Source: an uncultured Candidatus Saccharibacteria bacterium (GTDB taxonomy: Bacteria; Patescibacteriota; Minisyncoccia; Phycocordibacterales; PALSA-1337). From it: a stretch of DNA of 64,000 nucleotides. Numbering within the stretch: the first letter of the stretch is position 1; every line of letters starts with the position of its first letter. The position numbers were made by a program, and so were the translations under genes. Below are positions 39,290 through 48,762 of this stretch, piece by piece. Under the pieces are notes generated by a model. It saw nothing but the letters and a program-made list of their open reading frames with translations. It did not search any database and had not been told where the DNA came from. The DNA is taken from NCBI GenBank assembly GCA_964412585.1, contig CAYPPJ010000001.1, positions 17,995 through 81,994 of the forward strand. The letters are read 5' to 3'.

Positions 39290-39453
39290 AGTTCTCCCCC
39301 GAAACCCCCTATAGACATGTGCTTTTAAGATATATTGTGCGACATGGTCTGTAGAGGAGAAAGGTGGATGGAACGGCTGGTTTGATATATTCCCTCACCT
39401 GTTAGGGTTCATTACTTTTCAAAAAAATTGTAAGGCTGTGATATAGTACATGC

Positions 39454-40236
39454 ATGGAAATTTCATTCGATAACTTACCTACTGGATTGTATACAGAAGA
39501 GGTCTGGCGCTCACAATGGCCTGGTGTTACCAAGCCACGTGGTGTTGCCGAAGGTCGTTTATCGATCGTTGATGTCGATAATGAGCATGTTTTGTGTGTC
39601 ACCTGTTTAAAAAATCAAACCGGTCCTGAAGCAGGTGGTACTTCATGGAGCACTAGATTTGGAAAGTCCTACGATGAAGCAGCTGTTGAATATATGGTAC
39701 GAATTGATAACAACTTTGATTTTAAAAGAGGAGGAAAACTGCCGGGCTTTTGCGGTGGAACAAGTCCGATGGGTGGCAGAAACACACCTGGTGGATTTTC
39801 TGCAAGAGTCATGTGGCGAGAGTTAGGTATGATGACGCAGTATGTCTATTTTGAGGGCAAAAATTCAACAAAACAATGGGGTCAAGACTATATCTGGACA
39901 AAAGCTGAAAATAAACAAGTTCCAATAACTTCTCAAATGTGGACGGAATGGGATACTCTAAAAGCTCATCAAGATGATAGAGCATATCTAACTCCAGGCG
40001 TATGGCATACGATCAAAACACACATCAAAATGAATACCCCTAATAAAGAGGATGGGAAATTAATTTCTTGGCTCGACGGCGAAGAAGTTTGCAATCTCAC
40101 TTTAAGATTCAGGAAAGATACCTCATTCGGCATTGATTCCTTCAAATTTGCCGTATTCTTTGGCGGAAATGAACCGAGCTGGGCACCGGATAAGGATGAA
40201 AAAATCTACTTTAAGGATTTTAAGTTTAGTTTATAG
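39454..40236 (+). CDS. Polysaccharide lyase family 14-like protein
   Basis: FDF.RGGKLPG..GG, GFSAR.MWR, Y.Y, G.W......MNTP...DG....W.DG, FFGG...W. Confidence 0.8.
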   Translation: MEISFDNLPTGLYTEEVWRSQWPGVTKPRGVAEGRLSIVDVDNEHVLCVTCLKNQTGPEAGGTSWSTRFGKSYDEAAVEYMVRIDNNFDFKRGGKLPGFCGGTSPMGGRNTPGGFSARVMWRELGMMTQYVYFEGKNSTKQWGQDYIWTKAENKQVPITSQMWTEWDTLKAHQDDRAYLTPGVWHTIKTHIKMNTPNKEDGKLISWLDGEEVCNLTLRFRKDTSFGIDSFKFAVFFGGNEPSWAPDKDEKIYFKDFKFSL

Positions 40237-40437
40237 TTTCTCGATCTTCTTAATTAGTACATTGTACCCAAGATATAATATTATAATTGCAATTATGGTA
40301 CCGACTATGAGAAGTATTTCCCCCTGAGTTGTTGCAGTATCAAATACAAATCTACCAAGTTTACTAACTATTGTTGCAACAATTAGTATCACTATAACCT
40401 TCACTATATCCCCTTTCTTTAGATTGTTGTAGTTCAT
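40231..40437 (-). CDS. Small 2-TM hypothetical protein (AT-rich)
   Basis: 68-aa ORF with two hydrophobic helices. Confidence 0.5.
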   Translation of the reverse strand: MNYNNLKKGDIVKVIVILIVATIVSKLGRFVFDTATTQGEILLIVGTIIAIIILYLGYNVLIKKIEKL

Positions 40438-40504
40438 GTTTTGTGCACAAAACGTATTTGTCGATAATTACTAAAATAATTATATCGTAAAACTCAACCA
40501 ACAC

Positions 40505-40530
40505 AAAAGGCCCCGTTTCCGAGGCCTTTT
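40505..40530. terminator. Intrinsic terminator after SLT-like gene
   Basis: aaaaggcc-ccgtttccga-ggcctttt. Confidence 0.65.
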
Positions 40531-40544
40531 ATGTTTATAGATAA

Positions 40545-41012
40545 TTATTTACGAGCAAGTTGCGCAATCTTTGACTTTGACCAACAAGGCTCTGAAGCTG
40601 ACCATGGGCTCGTACCATACTTCGCATAGAGGTATTTGCCGAATGCGACGTTACCTTCTGTGGTTTCGAGGTTGATACCCATCTTGCGGGCAGTTTCTGA
40701 GTGATAGAATTCATTAATCTGCATGACACCTACGTCGTCCGGATTTGCCCGGCCTCGTACGATTTTCCCGTTCTTATCGAACTGACGGAATTCAGATTCA
40801 CAACGCGCGATCTCAATAAGGATCGGTGCGTCGAAATACTGCTCATGGAGATATGACTCTATGTCGGTTGAAGTTGAGAATGAGCGAACTTCCGTTGTCG
40901 TTGTCGCCTGCGCGTTGGTTTCCGCCTTGAGAGACTGAATTTGAGCGTCGCTCTGGCCTGAACCATATACAGAAGACATCAGGAATACCACACCAGTTGT
41001 AAGTTCAAGCAT
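40545..41012 (-). CDS. Lysozyme-fold lytic transglycosylase (SLT-like)
   Basis: IARCES, DVGVMQIN, GN...G..LY...G..PW..S..CW. Confidence 0.8.
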   Translation of the reverse strand: MLELTTGVVFLMSSVYGSGQSDAQIQSLKAETNAQATTTTEVRSFSTSTDIESYLHEQYFDAPILIEIARCESEFRQFDKNGKIVRGRANPDDVGVMQINEFYHSETARKMGINLETTEGNVAFGKYLYAKYGTSPWSASEPCWSKSKIAQLARK

Positions 41013-41256
41013 ATTAATTAAAAAAAGAAGTAAGTAATCATGAGATTACTTCTTCTTTTTCTGTAGCAACAGTATAGCACCTCTGGCGCCCCAAGTCAAG
41101 GGTTTTACAATGATAATATGGCCTTGTTGAGCCATATTTAACACACAAAATACCTATATTTTGAGCCATATTATCAGGTCTATTCTCAGGTTGACTAAAA
41201 TACGGCTTGTATGCTACACTATCGCGACCTAGTTTAATCAATAGTCACTAACCACC

Positions 41257-41529
41257 ATGGCACATAAGAAAGCAGCAGGAGTCACAAAAAATGGTCGCGA
41301 TTCGAACCCAAAGTACCTTGGGGTTAAGATCAATCACGGTCAGGCTATTACTGCAGGCCAGATCATCCTCCGCCAGCGTGGTACGACATGCCTTCCAGGA
41401 CGCAATGTAGGCGTTGGAAAGGACTATACCCTCTTTGCTCTCGCAGACGGTAAGGTTGAGTTCGGCTCAAAGCGCAAGACTGGCTACAACAACGACATCC
41501 TCCGCAAAAAGGTTGTGCATGTAAAATAA
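41257..41529 (+). CDS. rpmA: 50S ribosomal protein L27
   Basis: MAHKKA.G..KNGRDS, IILRQRG, NVG.G.D.TLFAL. Confidence 0.97.
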   Translation: MAHKKAAGVTKNGRDSNPKYLGVKINHGQAITAGQIILRQRGTTCLPGRNVGVGKDYTLFALADGKVEFGSKRKTGYNNDILRKKVVHVK

Positions 41530-41543
41530 TTTACTCGGATACA

Positions 41544-41570
41544 AAAAAGAGGGGTTACTCCCCTCTTTTT
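41544..41570. terminator. Bidirectional terminator between rpmA and rplI
   Basis: aaaaagagggg-ttact-cccctcttttt. Confidence 0.8.
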
Positions 41571-41591
41571 AGTTACCTGTATCACTTTTGA

Positions 41592-42035
41592 TTATTTGGC
41601 CTCGATCACCAGCTTGAATTTTGCGGACTTGTTTGCTGTCTTAACTTCAATGACATGTTCACCTGTCGTTTTGAGTGGATGGTCAAGCTGGATAAATGAC
41701 GGGTCAACCTGGAGTCGGGTCTGCTTTTCTATCTCAGTGGCGAGAGCCTCCTTGTGAAGACCTGCAAATAGATGACCCTTTTCATTTGCCTTGCAGGTAA
41801 TAGTAACAGTCGTATCCTTGAGTCCTTCAATATTTTTGACCAAAAGTTCCTCCTGCACTTTTCGCTCCCCTTCCATCTTTGACTTCTCTGATTCGATACG
41901 TTTGAGAGCGTCAGGTGTTGCTGAAATAGCCAATCCCTGTGGAATGAGGAGGTTGAGTGCATGGCCGTCGCTGACCGTCTTTACGTCATATTTTCGTCCG
42001 AGCTTACTTACGTCTTTGAGAAGAATGATTTTCAT
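41592..42035 (-). CDS. rplI: 50S ribosomal protein L9
   Basis: MKIILLKDV..LG......V.DG.A.N.LIP.GLA..AT, G.LF. Confidence 0.95.
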   Translation of the reverse strand: MKIILLKDVSKLGRKYDVKTVSDGHALNLLIPQGLAISATPDALKRIESEKSKMEGERKVQEELLVKNIEGLKDTTVTITCKANEKGHLFAGLHKEALATEIEKQTRLQVDPSFIQLDHPLKTTGEHVIEVKTANKSAKFKLVIEAK

Positions 42036-42075
42036 ATCTGTAGCTGTTATCTTGTAATGATATCCGGATACTACA

Positions 42076-43284
42076 CTAAAATTCCTTGGTCAACAACTCT
42101 ATCGCCTTTTTGAGTACAACGTCATTTTTGTCCTGAAAATCTTTTTCCGTAGGCTCAACCTTGTAGTCTGGTTCGAGTCCGTCATGAGACAGGTTGTGAC
42201 CATTTGGCGTGAGCCAGCGTGCAATCGTGACCTTGAGTGAGGTGTCTGAGGTGATAGGGATCAGTTGCTGGACGGATCCCTTGCCGAAGGTCTTTGTACC
42301 AATGAGCTTCGCTACACCATTTTCCTTGAGGGCACCTGCCAAAATCTCTGAAGCCGAAGCAGATCCTCCGTCAACGAGAATATACATTTGGAGATTTTTG
42401 TTGAAGATGTTGTACCCCTTACTACGATAAATTGTTGGGCTATTATTTTTGCCAAAGTCTTCTGTAACAACAGTTGTACCAGTCGGCAAGAACCATGAAG
42501 CCATGTCCCATGCTGCATCAAGATATCCTCCTGGATTGCCACGAAGATCGAGTATGAGCTTGTGATTGCCTGAAATGACAAATTCACGGAGCGCATTACG
42601 GAAGAGGTTGTGTGATTGTGCAGTAAAGCTGAAGAGACGAATCACGAAGATGCCACCTGGTTTGGTACTTGTTTCGAGTGTTGGGATGTTGATGACATCT
42701 CGAACAATAGAGCGTTCTACTGGTTTGGAAGCGCCTTTTGTAAAGAATAGAATCTTGACCGTCGTTCCTCCCTTGCCACGAATAAGTTTGACTGCAGCGT
42801 CGACAGACATATCTACCGTGCTCTTGTCATCAATTTTCAAGATAAAATCACCTGTTTTGACTCCGGCACGTTCAGCAGGGCTATCCTTGATCGGCGTAAC
42901 AACTTGGAGTTGTTTGTCTTTGATACCGATCTCCATACCAACGCCCTCAAAGTTGCCAGCAATGTCTTCTTCAAATTGTTTTGATTCTACTGGCGGGAAA
43001 AAGACAGTATATGGATCTCCAAATGAAGATGCCAGACCTTGAATAGATCCGTACAGTTTTTTCTCAGGAGTAGAACTTGCAGCTTCAACGAATTTTTCAT
43101 CAAGAATATGCCACGCCTTCCAGTACGGGCCAAACTGGTCCTTTGTTATAGATTTTTCGTCATTGCCATCATCACTCGGGCCGTAGGTCTTCCCTCCTCC
43201 AACGTAGACCCCAATGAAGAAGATCAATACAGCGAGCGGAAGGCCGATGAGAAATATGACGAGCTTTCGGTCTTGTAGATTCAT
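42076..43284 (-). CDS. S41 family carboxyl-terminal processing protease
   Basis: TM anchor, DPYT, PDZ (GVG, SPA..AG), LDLRGNPGG, SASASEI, TFGKG.VQ, G..PD. Confidence 0.93.
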   Translation of the reverse strand: MNLQDRKLVIFLIGLPLAVLIFFIGVYVGGGKTYGPSDDGNDEKSITKDQFGPYWKAWHILDEKFVEAASSTPEKKLYGSIQGLASSFGDPYTVFFPPVESKQFEEDIAGNFEGVGMEIGIKDKQLQVVTPIKDSPAERAGVKTGDFILKIDDKSTVDMSVDAAVKLIRGKGGTTVKILFFTKGASKPVERSIVRDVINIPTLETSTKPGGIFVIRLFSFTAQSHNLFRNALREFVISGNHKLILDLRGNPGGYLDAAWDMASWFLPTGTTVVTEDFGKNNSPTIYRSKGYNIFNKNLQMYILVDGGSASASEILAGALKENGVAKLIGTKTFGKGSVQQLIPITSDTSLKVTIARWLTPNGHNLSHDGLEPDYKVEPTEKDFQDKNDVVLKKAIELLTKEF

Positions 43285-43401
43285 GGAGCGCAAGGTTAAC
43301 AGGAAATGATAAAAGTTACTGGGCTATTATCGCACATTACTTCGTGGTCTGCCATAGTTGGTTACTTGAGCATTCAAGATTAAATCGGTATAATAACCGC
43401 C

Positions 43402-44328
43402 ATGATTACACATCACGCATCTCGCGGCCTCGTCTGGCTCGATGTTTCTCGTCCGACTGACGATGAGATTTCTGGACTTATCAAGCGCTACGATTTGCAT
43501 CCACTGGTCGGCGAAGAGCTCAAGAAGTCTTCATCGCTCGCAAAGATGGATTTTTATAAGGACTACATGCTCGTCGTCCTCACTCTTCCAGTACGTATTC
43601 GCAACAAGTCTGGCGGGTATGAGATTGTTGACCGCGAAGTCGATTTTGTTATTGGCAAGAACTTCCTTATTACTTCTCGCACGGATACGATAGATCAGCT
43701 TGAGTATTTCACCAAGGTTTTTGAAGCCAATTCTATCTTGAAGAAAGATGACAAAATGGATCACGCCGGCCATCTTTTCTACTATATGGTCAAGCGTATT
43801 TATGGTGGCATGGTTGAAGATCTTGAAAATATAAAAGATTCTTTGATTACCGCTGAGACACGCATTTTCAATGGAGATGAACGGAATATGGTTGAGGTTC
43901 TTTCAAACTTGAGTCGTGAACTTATTGACTTCAAACAGACGGCTCGAGTCCATCAGGATATTTGGGAAGATATGGTTCGCTATGATGAGGCGATGATTTT
44001 TGGAAAAGATTTTCTTGTCTATGCGCGTGACATCCGCGATGAGTTCAACCGGATCCGTGAGCTGATCACAAATGCACGAGAATTGCTGGCTGATCTCCGC
44101 GAAACAAATGACTCGCTTCTCAACACAAAACAGAATGATATTATCAAATTACTTACGCTCGTAGCCTTTATTTTCCAACCACTCACATTTATAGCGGCAC
44201 TTTTCACTATTCCCGCCCTCAACGTGCCACTGATAGAACACGGTATGGGCTGGTATGGTATTTTGGTCCTGATGGTCGTTATCACTGGTAGTATCTGGCT
44301 TTTCTTCAAGAAAAAAAGGTGGGTGTAG
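43402..44328 (+). CDS. CorA/ZntB-family divalent cation transporter-like protein, GMN motif absent
   Basis: WLD...P...E, LHPL..E, N..QN..IK.LT....IF.P.T followed by two TM helices and FKKKRW. Confidence 0.85.
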   Translation: MITHHASRGLVWLDVSRPTDDEISGLIKRYDLHPLVGEELKKSSSLAKMDFYKDYMLVVLTLPVRIRNKSGGYEIVDREVDFVIGKNFLITSRTDTIDQLEYFTKVFEANSILKKDDKMDHAGHLFYYMVKRIYGGMVEDLENIKDSLITAETRIFNGDERNMVEVLSNLSRELIDFKQTARVHQDIWEDMVRYDEAMIFGKDFLVYARDIRDEFNRIRELITNARELLADLRETNDSLLNTKQNDIIKLLTLVAFIFQPLTFIAALFTIPALNVPLIEHGMGWYGILVLMVVITGSIWLFFKKKRWV

Positions 44329-44340
44329 GATGGAACAGAT

Positions 44341-45696
44341 ATGGATATACAACTCTACAATACGCTAACGCATTCAAAAGACGTTTTTGTGCCGCTCAAA
44401 AAAGGGGTGGTCTCAATGTACCATTGTGGCCCGACGGTGTACGATACGCCACACCTGGGCAATTACCGAACCTTCGTGATGAATGATCTGATTCGACGTG
44501 TGTTCGAGTACAACGGATATTCGGTCGAACAGGCCATGAATATTACGGATGTGGATGACAAGACTATCCGCCGAGCTCGAGAAGAAAAAGTTCTGCTCAA
44601 TGTCATCACTGAAAAATATGAGAAGTTATTTCTCGATGGCCTAGATGTGTTGCATATCAAACGCCCTCAACATCTCATCAGAGCGACAGACTACATTTCT
44701 GCCATGATTGAACTTATTTCTACTCTTCTTGATAAAGGATATGCATACAAAGCCGCGGATGGTGTCTACATGAGTATTGATAAAATACATACCTATGGTG
44801 AATTGGTCGGGCTCACAAAACAGAAGAATGATGGAGAGCACGCCAGAATCAAAAATGATGAATACGATAAGGAAAATCCGCGCGATTTTGCCGTGTGGAA
44901 GTTTGCTGTACCTGAAGACGGTGCCGCAAAGTGGTCTGCACCTTTTGGTGAAGGACGTCCTGGATGGCATATCGAATGTTCTGCCATGTCGATGAAAGTT
45001 CTCGGTACAACAATCGATATTCATACTGGTGGAAACGATCTAATGTTTCCACATCATACAAATGAAATTGCGCAATCTGAATGCGCCACGGGCACGCAAT
45101 TTGTACGCTACTGGATACACGGCGCCTTCATGAATGTTAGCAATGAAAAAATGGCCAAGTCCAAAGGAAACTTTTTGAAGCTTGAGGATCTCGCAGAATC
45201 AACTATTTCCCCGCTCGCCTATCGATATTGGCTCCTCACCGCTCATTATCGTTCGCCGGTGAACTTCACCCTGGAAGCTGTCCAAGGGGCTCAAAATGCC
45301 CTTATACGGCTCATGACAACCGTGAGTAATCTACCTGAAGGTGGAGCTGCCTCCGCCTCATATATAGAGCGTTTTAAGGGCTTTATTAATGATGACGTGG
45401 ACACTGCACAGGCTATTGCCCTTGTCTGGGATATCCTCAAGGATACAGGTCTATCCGGGGCGGACAAGCGAGCTACTATTCTCGACATGGACAAGGTATT
45501 TGGCTTTGGTCTCGATACGCTAAAACCAGTAGAGGACGAGGAGATTCCACCAGAAATTATGGCACTCGCCGAAGCCCGTGAGGAAGCACGAAAAGACAAA
45601 GACTGGGTAAAGGCTGATGCATTGCGAAATGAAATAGAGGAACGCGGTTTTGTTGTTTCAGATACGAAGGACGGGATCAAAGTTCAGTCAAAGTAG
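44341..45696 (+). CDS. cysS: Cysteine--tRNA ligase
   Basis: CGPTVY..PHLGN, NITDVDDK, GRPGWHIECSAM, DIH.GG.DL.FPHH.NE.AQ, KMAKS. Confidence 0.97.
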   Translation: MDIQLYNTLTHSKDVFVPLKKGVVSMYHCGPTVYDTPHLGNYRTFVMNDLIRRVFEYNGYSVEQAMNITDVDDKTIRRAREEKVLLNVITEKYEKLFLDGLDVLHIKRPQHLIRATDYISAMIELISTLLDKGYAYKAADGVYMSIDKIHTYGELVGLTKQKNDGEHARIKNDEYDKENPRDFAVWKFAVPEDGAAKWSAPFGEGRPGWHIECSAMSMKVLGTTIDIHTGGNDLMFPHHTNEIAQSECATGTQFVRYWIHGAFMNVSNEKMAKSKGNFLKLEDLAESTISPLAYRYWLLTAHYRSPVNFTLEAVQGAQNALIRLMTTVSNLPEGGAASASYIERFKGFINDDVDTAQAIALVWDILKDTGLSGADKRATILDMDKVFGFGLDTLKPVEDEEIPPEIMALAEAREEARKDKDWVKADALRNEIEERGFVVSDTKDGIKVQSK

Positions 45697-45703
45697 AGTC
45701 GAT

Positions 45704-45961
45704 TCATATATCTCTCAGTCGAACCACCTCTCTCACCTCTTCTTTGAGTTCCCCGATAAGATCTGAGGTGTCTTGTCTGCCTGCTTCTATACGATCCTCT
45801 ACCTCAGCAATCCTCGAATACGTCCTCGCTTCACCTGCATCTATTCGTTCCTCAAGCCTTTCAAAACTACGTGCGATAGATACAGCAACATCGTCACTGT
45901 GCTTGAATATAATACGCTCAATAAGTTCTACATCTTTTTGATCTAATGACATGGTGTTCAT
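45704..45961 (-). CDS. Small acidic coiled-coil hypothetical protein
   Basis: 85-aa ORF with heptad pattern FERLEERID...RIAEVEDRIE; downstream of promoter module C. Confidence 0.7.
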   Translation of the reverse strand: MNTMSLDQKDVELIERIIFKHSDDVAVSIARSFERLEERIDAGEARTYSRIAEVEDRIEAGRQDTSDLIGELKEEVREVVRLRDI

Positions 45962-45999
45962 GTGTTATGTCCATTTGCATGGATACTAATAATGACACC

Positions 46000-46055
46000 A
46001 CCATAGCAAAGCCATATGAAGAAACGCTGGAGAAATGATAAAGATTCGCTGGAGA
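46000..46055 (-). promoter_or_regulatory. 4x11-bp direct-repeat promoter module, copy C
   Basis: TCTCCAG cgaa TCTTTAT catt TCTCCAG cgtt TCTTCAT atggctttgc TATGGT; 38/39 identical to copy A over 46017-46055. Confidence 0.75.
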
Positions 46056-46097
46056 CGAAAAAACGTTGTCTTATAATCTATTGGACAACAGAGTATT

Positions 46098-47054
46098 TTA
46101 CGAAAGCACACCCACTGCTTTTTTAATCTCGATCAACTTTGCATCAGCGATCACACGAGCACGAGCCGCACCATCTTGGAGTATCTCGGAAACTTGCTTC
46201 GGATCCTTTGATAATTGTTCACGCCTCTCCCTCATTGGTTTGATAAACACATCGATATCTTCTATAAGTGCTTCCTTGAGTGCCTTATACTTACCTTTGT
46301 GAGCGTCATAAAGTGATTTCAGTTCCGATTCTGTCTTGAATAGTTTGTGAATGTTATAGACATTTGTTGGCACATCTCCACCTGAGTCCGTCACAATACC
46401 CATGACGGCTTTGGTAATTTCCTCTCGAGATGCAAAGAGTGGAATAGTATTGTTGTAGCTTTTCGACATCTTTCGGCCATCAATACCTGGAACGACAGCC
46501 ACTTCTTTCATAATCAGATCCTGCGGTAATTTGAATGATTCGGTCTTGAAAATATGATTGAATTTGAGGGCAATGTCTCGGGCGTACTCAACGTGCTGTT
46601 TCTGATCTTGGCCGACAGGAACAACGTCGGTGTCATACAAGAGTATGTCTGCAGCCATGAGAACTGGATAATCGAATGTGCCGACATTGATCTCTTTATT
46701 TTTTGCTTCAGCGTCTTTGTAGGCATGTGCACGCATGAGATACGGCATGGTTACTATCGTATTGAAAATCCATGCAAGCTCGGTATGTGCAGACAGATCA
46801 CTTTGCTTGAAAAGAATAGATTTCTTTGGATCAAGGCCGATGGCCAGATAATCGATGGCGAGCTCGAGGGTCAATTTCTTCATCTCTTCCTTGTCCTGGA
46901 TAAGATTGAGGCCATGATAATCCGCAATGAAAAGATGGCAGTTGTAGTCACCTGAGTTTTGCAGGTCTACGAACTGCTTCATGGCACCAAAATAGTTGCC
47001 GATATGGGCAGTACCCGTAGGTTTGACGCCAGAAAGGAGTATTTTCTTGGACAT
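46098..47054 (-). CDS. trpS: Tryptophan--tRNA ligase
   Basis: SG..PTG..HIGNY.GA, YPVLMAADIL, VPVG.DQ.QH.E, KMSKS. Confidence 0.97.
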   Translation of the reverse strand: MSKKILLSGVKPTGTAHIGNYFGAMKQFVDLQNSGDYNCHLFIADYHGLNLIQDKEEMKKLTLELAIDYLAIGLDPKKSILFKQSDLSAHTELAWIFNTIVTMPYLMRAHAYKDAEAKNKEINVGTFDYPVLMAADILLYDTDVVPVGQDQKQHVEYARDIALKFNHIFKTESFKLPQDLIMKEVAVVPGIDGRKMSKSYNNTIPLFASREEITKAVMGIVTDSGGDVPTNVYNIHKLFKTESELKSLYDAHKGKYKALKEALIEDIDVFIKPMRERREQLSKDPKQVSEILQDGAARARVIADAKLIEIKKAVGVLS

Positions 47055-47148
47055 AGGCTATATAATAACAGAATTTTAAATAAAAAAAAGCCTTATAAAA
47101 AAGGCGGGCCGGTTGCAGGGTGTGCAACCGGCCTAGGCTTGGCGTGGG

Positions 47149-47430
47149 CTATGCCATCTCGAGACGACGTCCGATGCGGGCGAAGTCCGATGAGAAGGTG
47201 GCGATATCGCATCGCGCAATAATCATCGGATCATCATCATCTTCGGACCAACGGATAGTGATCTCCGTGGCCGTGATCTCCTCAATTTTGCCGATGAACG
47301 GCCCAGCTGAGGCGGTCATGATTGTGGCAATGACTTGATGGTCCCGATAGAACGGAACCAATTCATTTATTGCCCTGTTTGCGTCATTCAGCGGAACGTC
47401 CGTGATTGGGACGAGGATAAACGTTTTCAT
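47149..47430 (-). CDS. Small hypothetical protein (possible Sm/SH3-like barrel)
   Basis: 93 aa; FIGKIEEITATEITI...IIA..DI; promoter-like TTGACA..TATAAT upstream, hairpin downstream. Confidence 0.55.
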   Translation of the reverse strand: MKTFILVPITDVPLNDANRAINELVPFYRDHQVIATIMTASAGPFIGKIEEITATEITIRWSEDDDDPMIIARCDIATFSSDFARIGRRLEMA

Positions 47431-47565
47431 GAGCTCCTGGTTAGTTTTTGTGTTAACCGCACTACGATATGTATTATATCATGCCAGATAGCCGATTGTC
47501 AATACACCACAAAAAGGCCCTTGTTGACAAGTGCCTACAGAGTGAGTAATCTCAAGATAGCTCGT

Positions 47566-47739
47566 ATGACATCAACCAGCATCGTCTACCTGGCCGGCGG
47601 GATCCTCTGTGTTCTCATTGGCGCGGCCATCCGGTTTTCGAGGCGCTCTAGCGATTTCGATGACGGTTGGTCTCATCCGGTGAGTGTGGGTTGCCTCATC
47701 ATCGGAATCATGAGCATCGTCTGCTCATTCATGAACTAA
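47566..47739 (+). CDS. Small 2-TM hypothetical protein
   Basis: MTSTSIVYLAGGILCVLIG...; TTGACA-17-TAATCT upstream; cccgcc-cttcc-ggcggg terminator downstream. Confidence 0.55.
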   Translation: MTSTSIVYLAGGILCVLIGAAIRFSRRSSDFDDGWSHPVSVGCLIIGIMSIVCSFMN

Positions 47740-47783
47740 TTGGTTTATCGTGCACATCCCCGCCCTTCCGGCGGGTTTGCTTT

Positions 47784-48689
47784 TTATATACCTTCTCCCT
47801 TTAGTTGTTCAACTAATTCCTTCGCTTTCTTGCTCAATTTTCGTGGCATTTCAACATGCGTCACGAGCAATAGATCGCCTCTCTTTCCTCCTGTCCCAAA
47901 TATTCCACCAGTCGTCTCATACGGCACACCTTTTCCTTTGACACGCAATATTTCTCCATGTGAAGTTCCCGCTGGAATTTTCACTTCCAATTTCCCTTCT
48001 AATGTTTCAATCTCAATTTCACCGCCGGTAAGTGCCAGTGAGAGTTTGATCGGTAAATCCATAACAAGATTGAATGCTTCCTTACGGAAAATAGGATGAT
48101 CCTTGACCCAAATGCGAACAATAAGGTCACCTTTGCCTCCTGCACCATCTTCTCCCTTACCTGCCACGCGCAATCCTTGACCACTCTCGATGCCCGGAGG
48201 AATCTTTATTGAAAGTTTCGTACCATCTATCGAAATCTCGCGATCAATACCAAAAATAGAATCTTTGAATGAAATTTCTACGTCCATAGTAATATTCCTC
48301 CCCTTTCGTGGACGTCGGCTTCCTCCGCCAAAAAATTCTCCAAAAATGTCGCCGAGGTCAAACTCCACACCTCCTTGTCCAAATCCGGCACCTTGGGTAA
48401 ATTGTGAAAAATCAAACCCGCCAAATCCTTGTCCACCAAAGCCACCCGCATTCGGATTGAATCCAGCTCCACCTGGGCCTGCTGAACCAAAGCGGTCGTA
48501 CTGTGCGCGTTTGTTGTCATCCGACAATACTGAATAAGCCTCGCTGGCTTCTTTGAACTTCTGTTCAGAGGCCGCATTGCCCTTGTTCTTGTCTGGATGA
48601 TGCTCATGCGCCAGCTTACGAAACGCCTTTTTGATGTCATCTTTTGAGGCATTTTTCTCTAGTCCGAGGGTTTTGTAGTAGTCTTTCAT
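47784..48689 (-). CDS. dnaJ: DnaJ chaperone, class B (no zinc finger)
   Basis: KDYY..LG, HPD, G/F-rich linker, DIF, C-terminal KIP.G and GDL repeats. Confidence 0.92.
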   Translation of the reverse strand: MKDYYKTLGLEKNASKDDIKKAFRKLAHEHHPDKNKGNAASEQKFKEASEAYSVLSDDNKRAQYDRFGSAGPGGAGFNPNAGGFGGQGFGGFDFSQFTQGAGFGQGGVEFDLGDIFGEFFGGGSRRPRKGRNITMDVEISFKDSIFGIDREISIDGTKLSIKIPPGIESGQGLRVAGKGEDGAGGKGDLIVRIWVKDHPIFRKEAFNLVMDLPIKLSLALTGGEIEIETLEGKLEVKIPAGTSHGEILRVKGKGVPYETTGGIFGTGGKRGDLLLVTHVEMPRKLSKKAKELVEQLKGEGI

Positions 48690-48762
48690 TGGGGTTGACG
48701 TGTAATAATTGATATGTTACGGTAAGTTAAATAGTTTTGCAAAGCAAAATCAAAATGTAATC

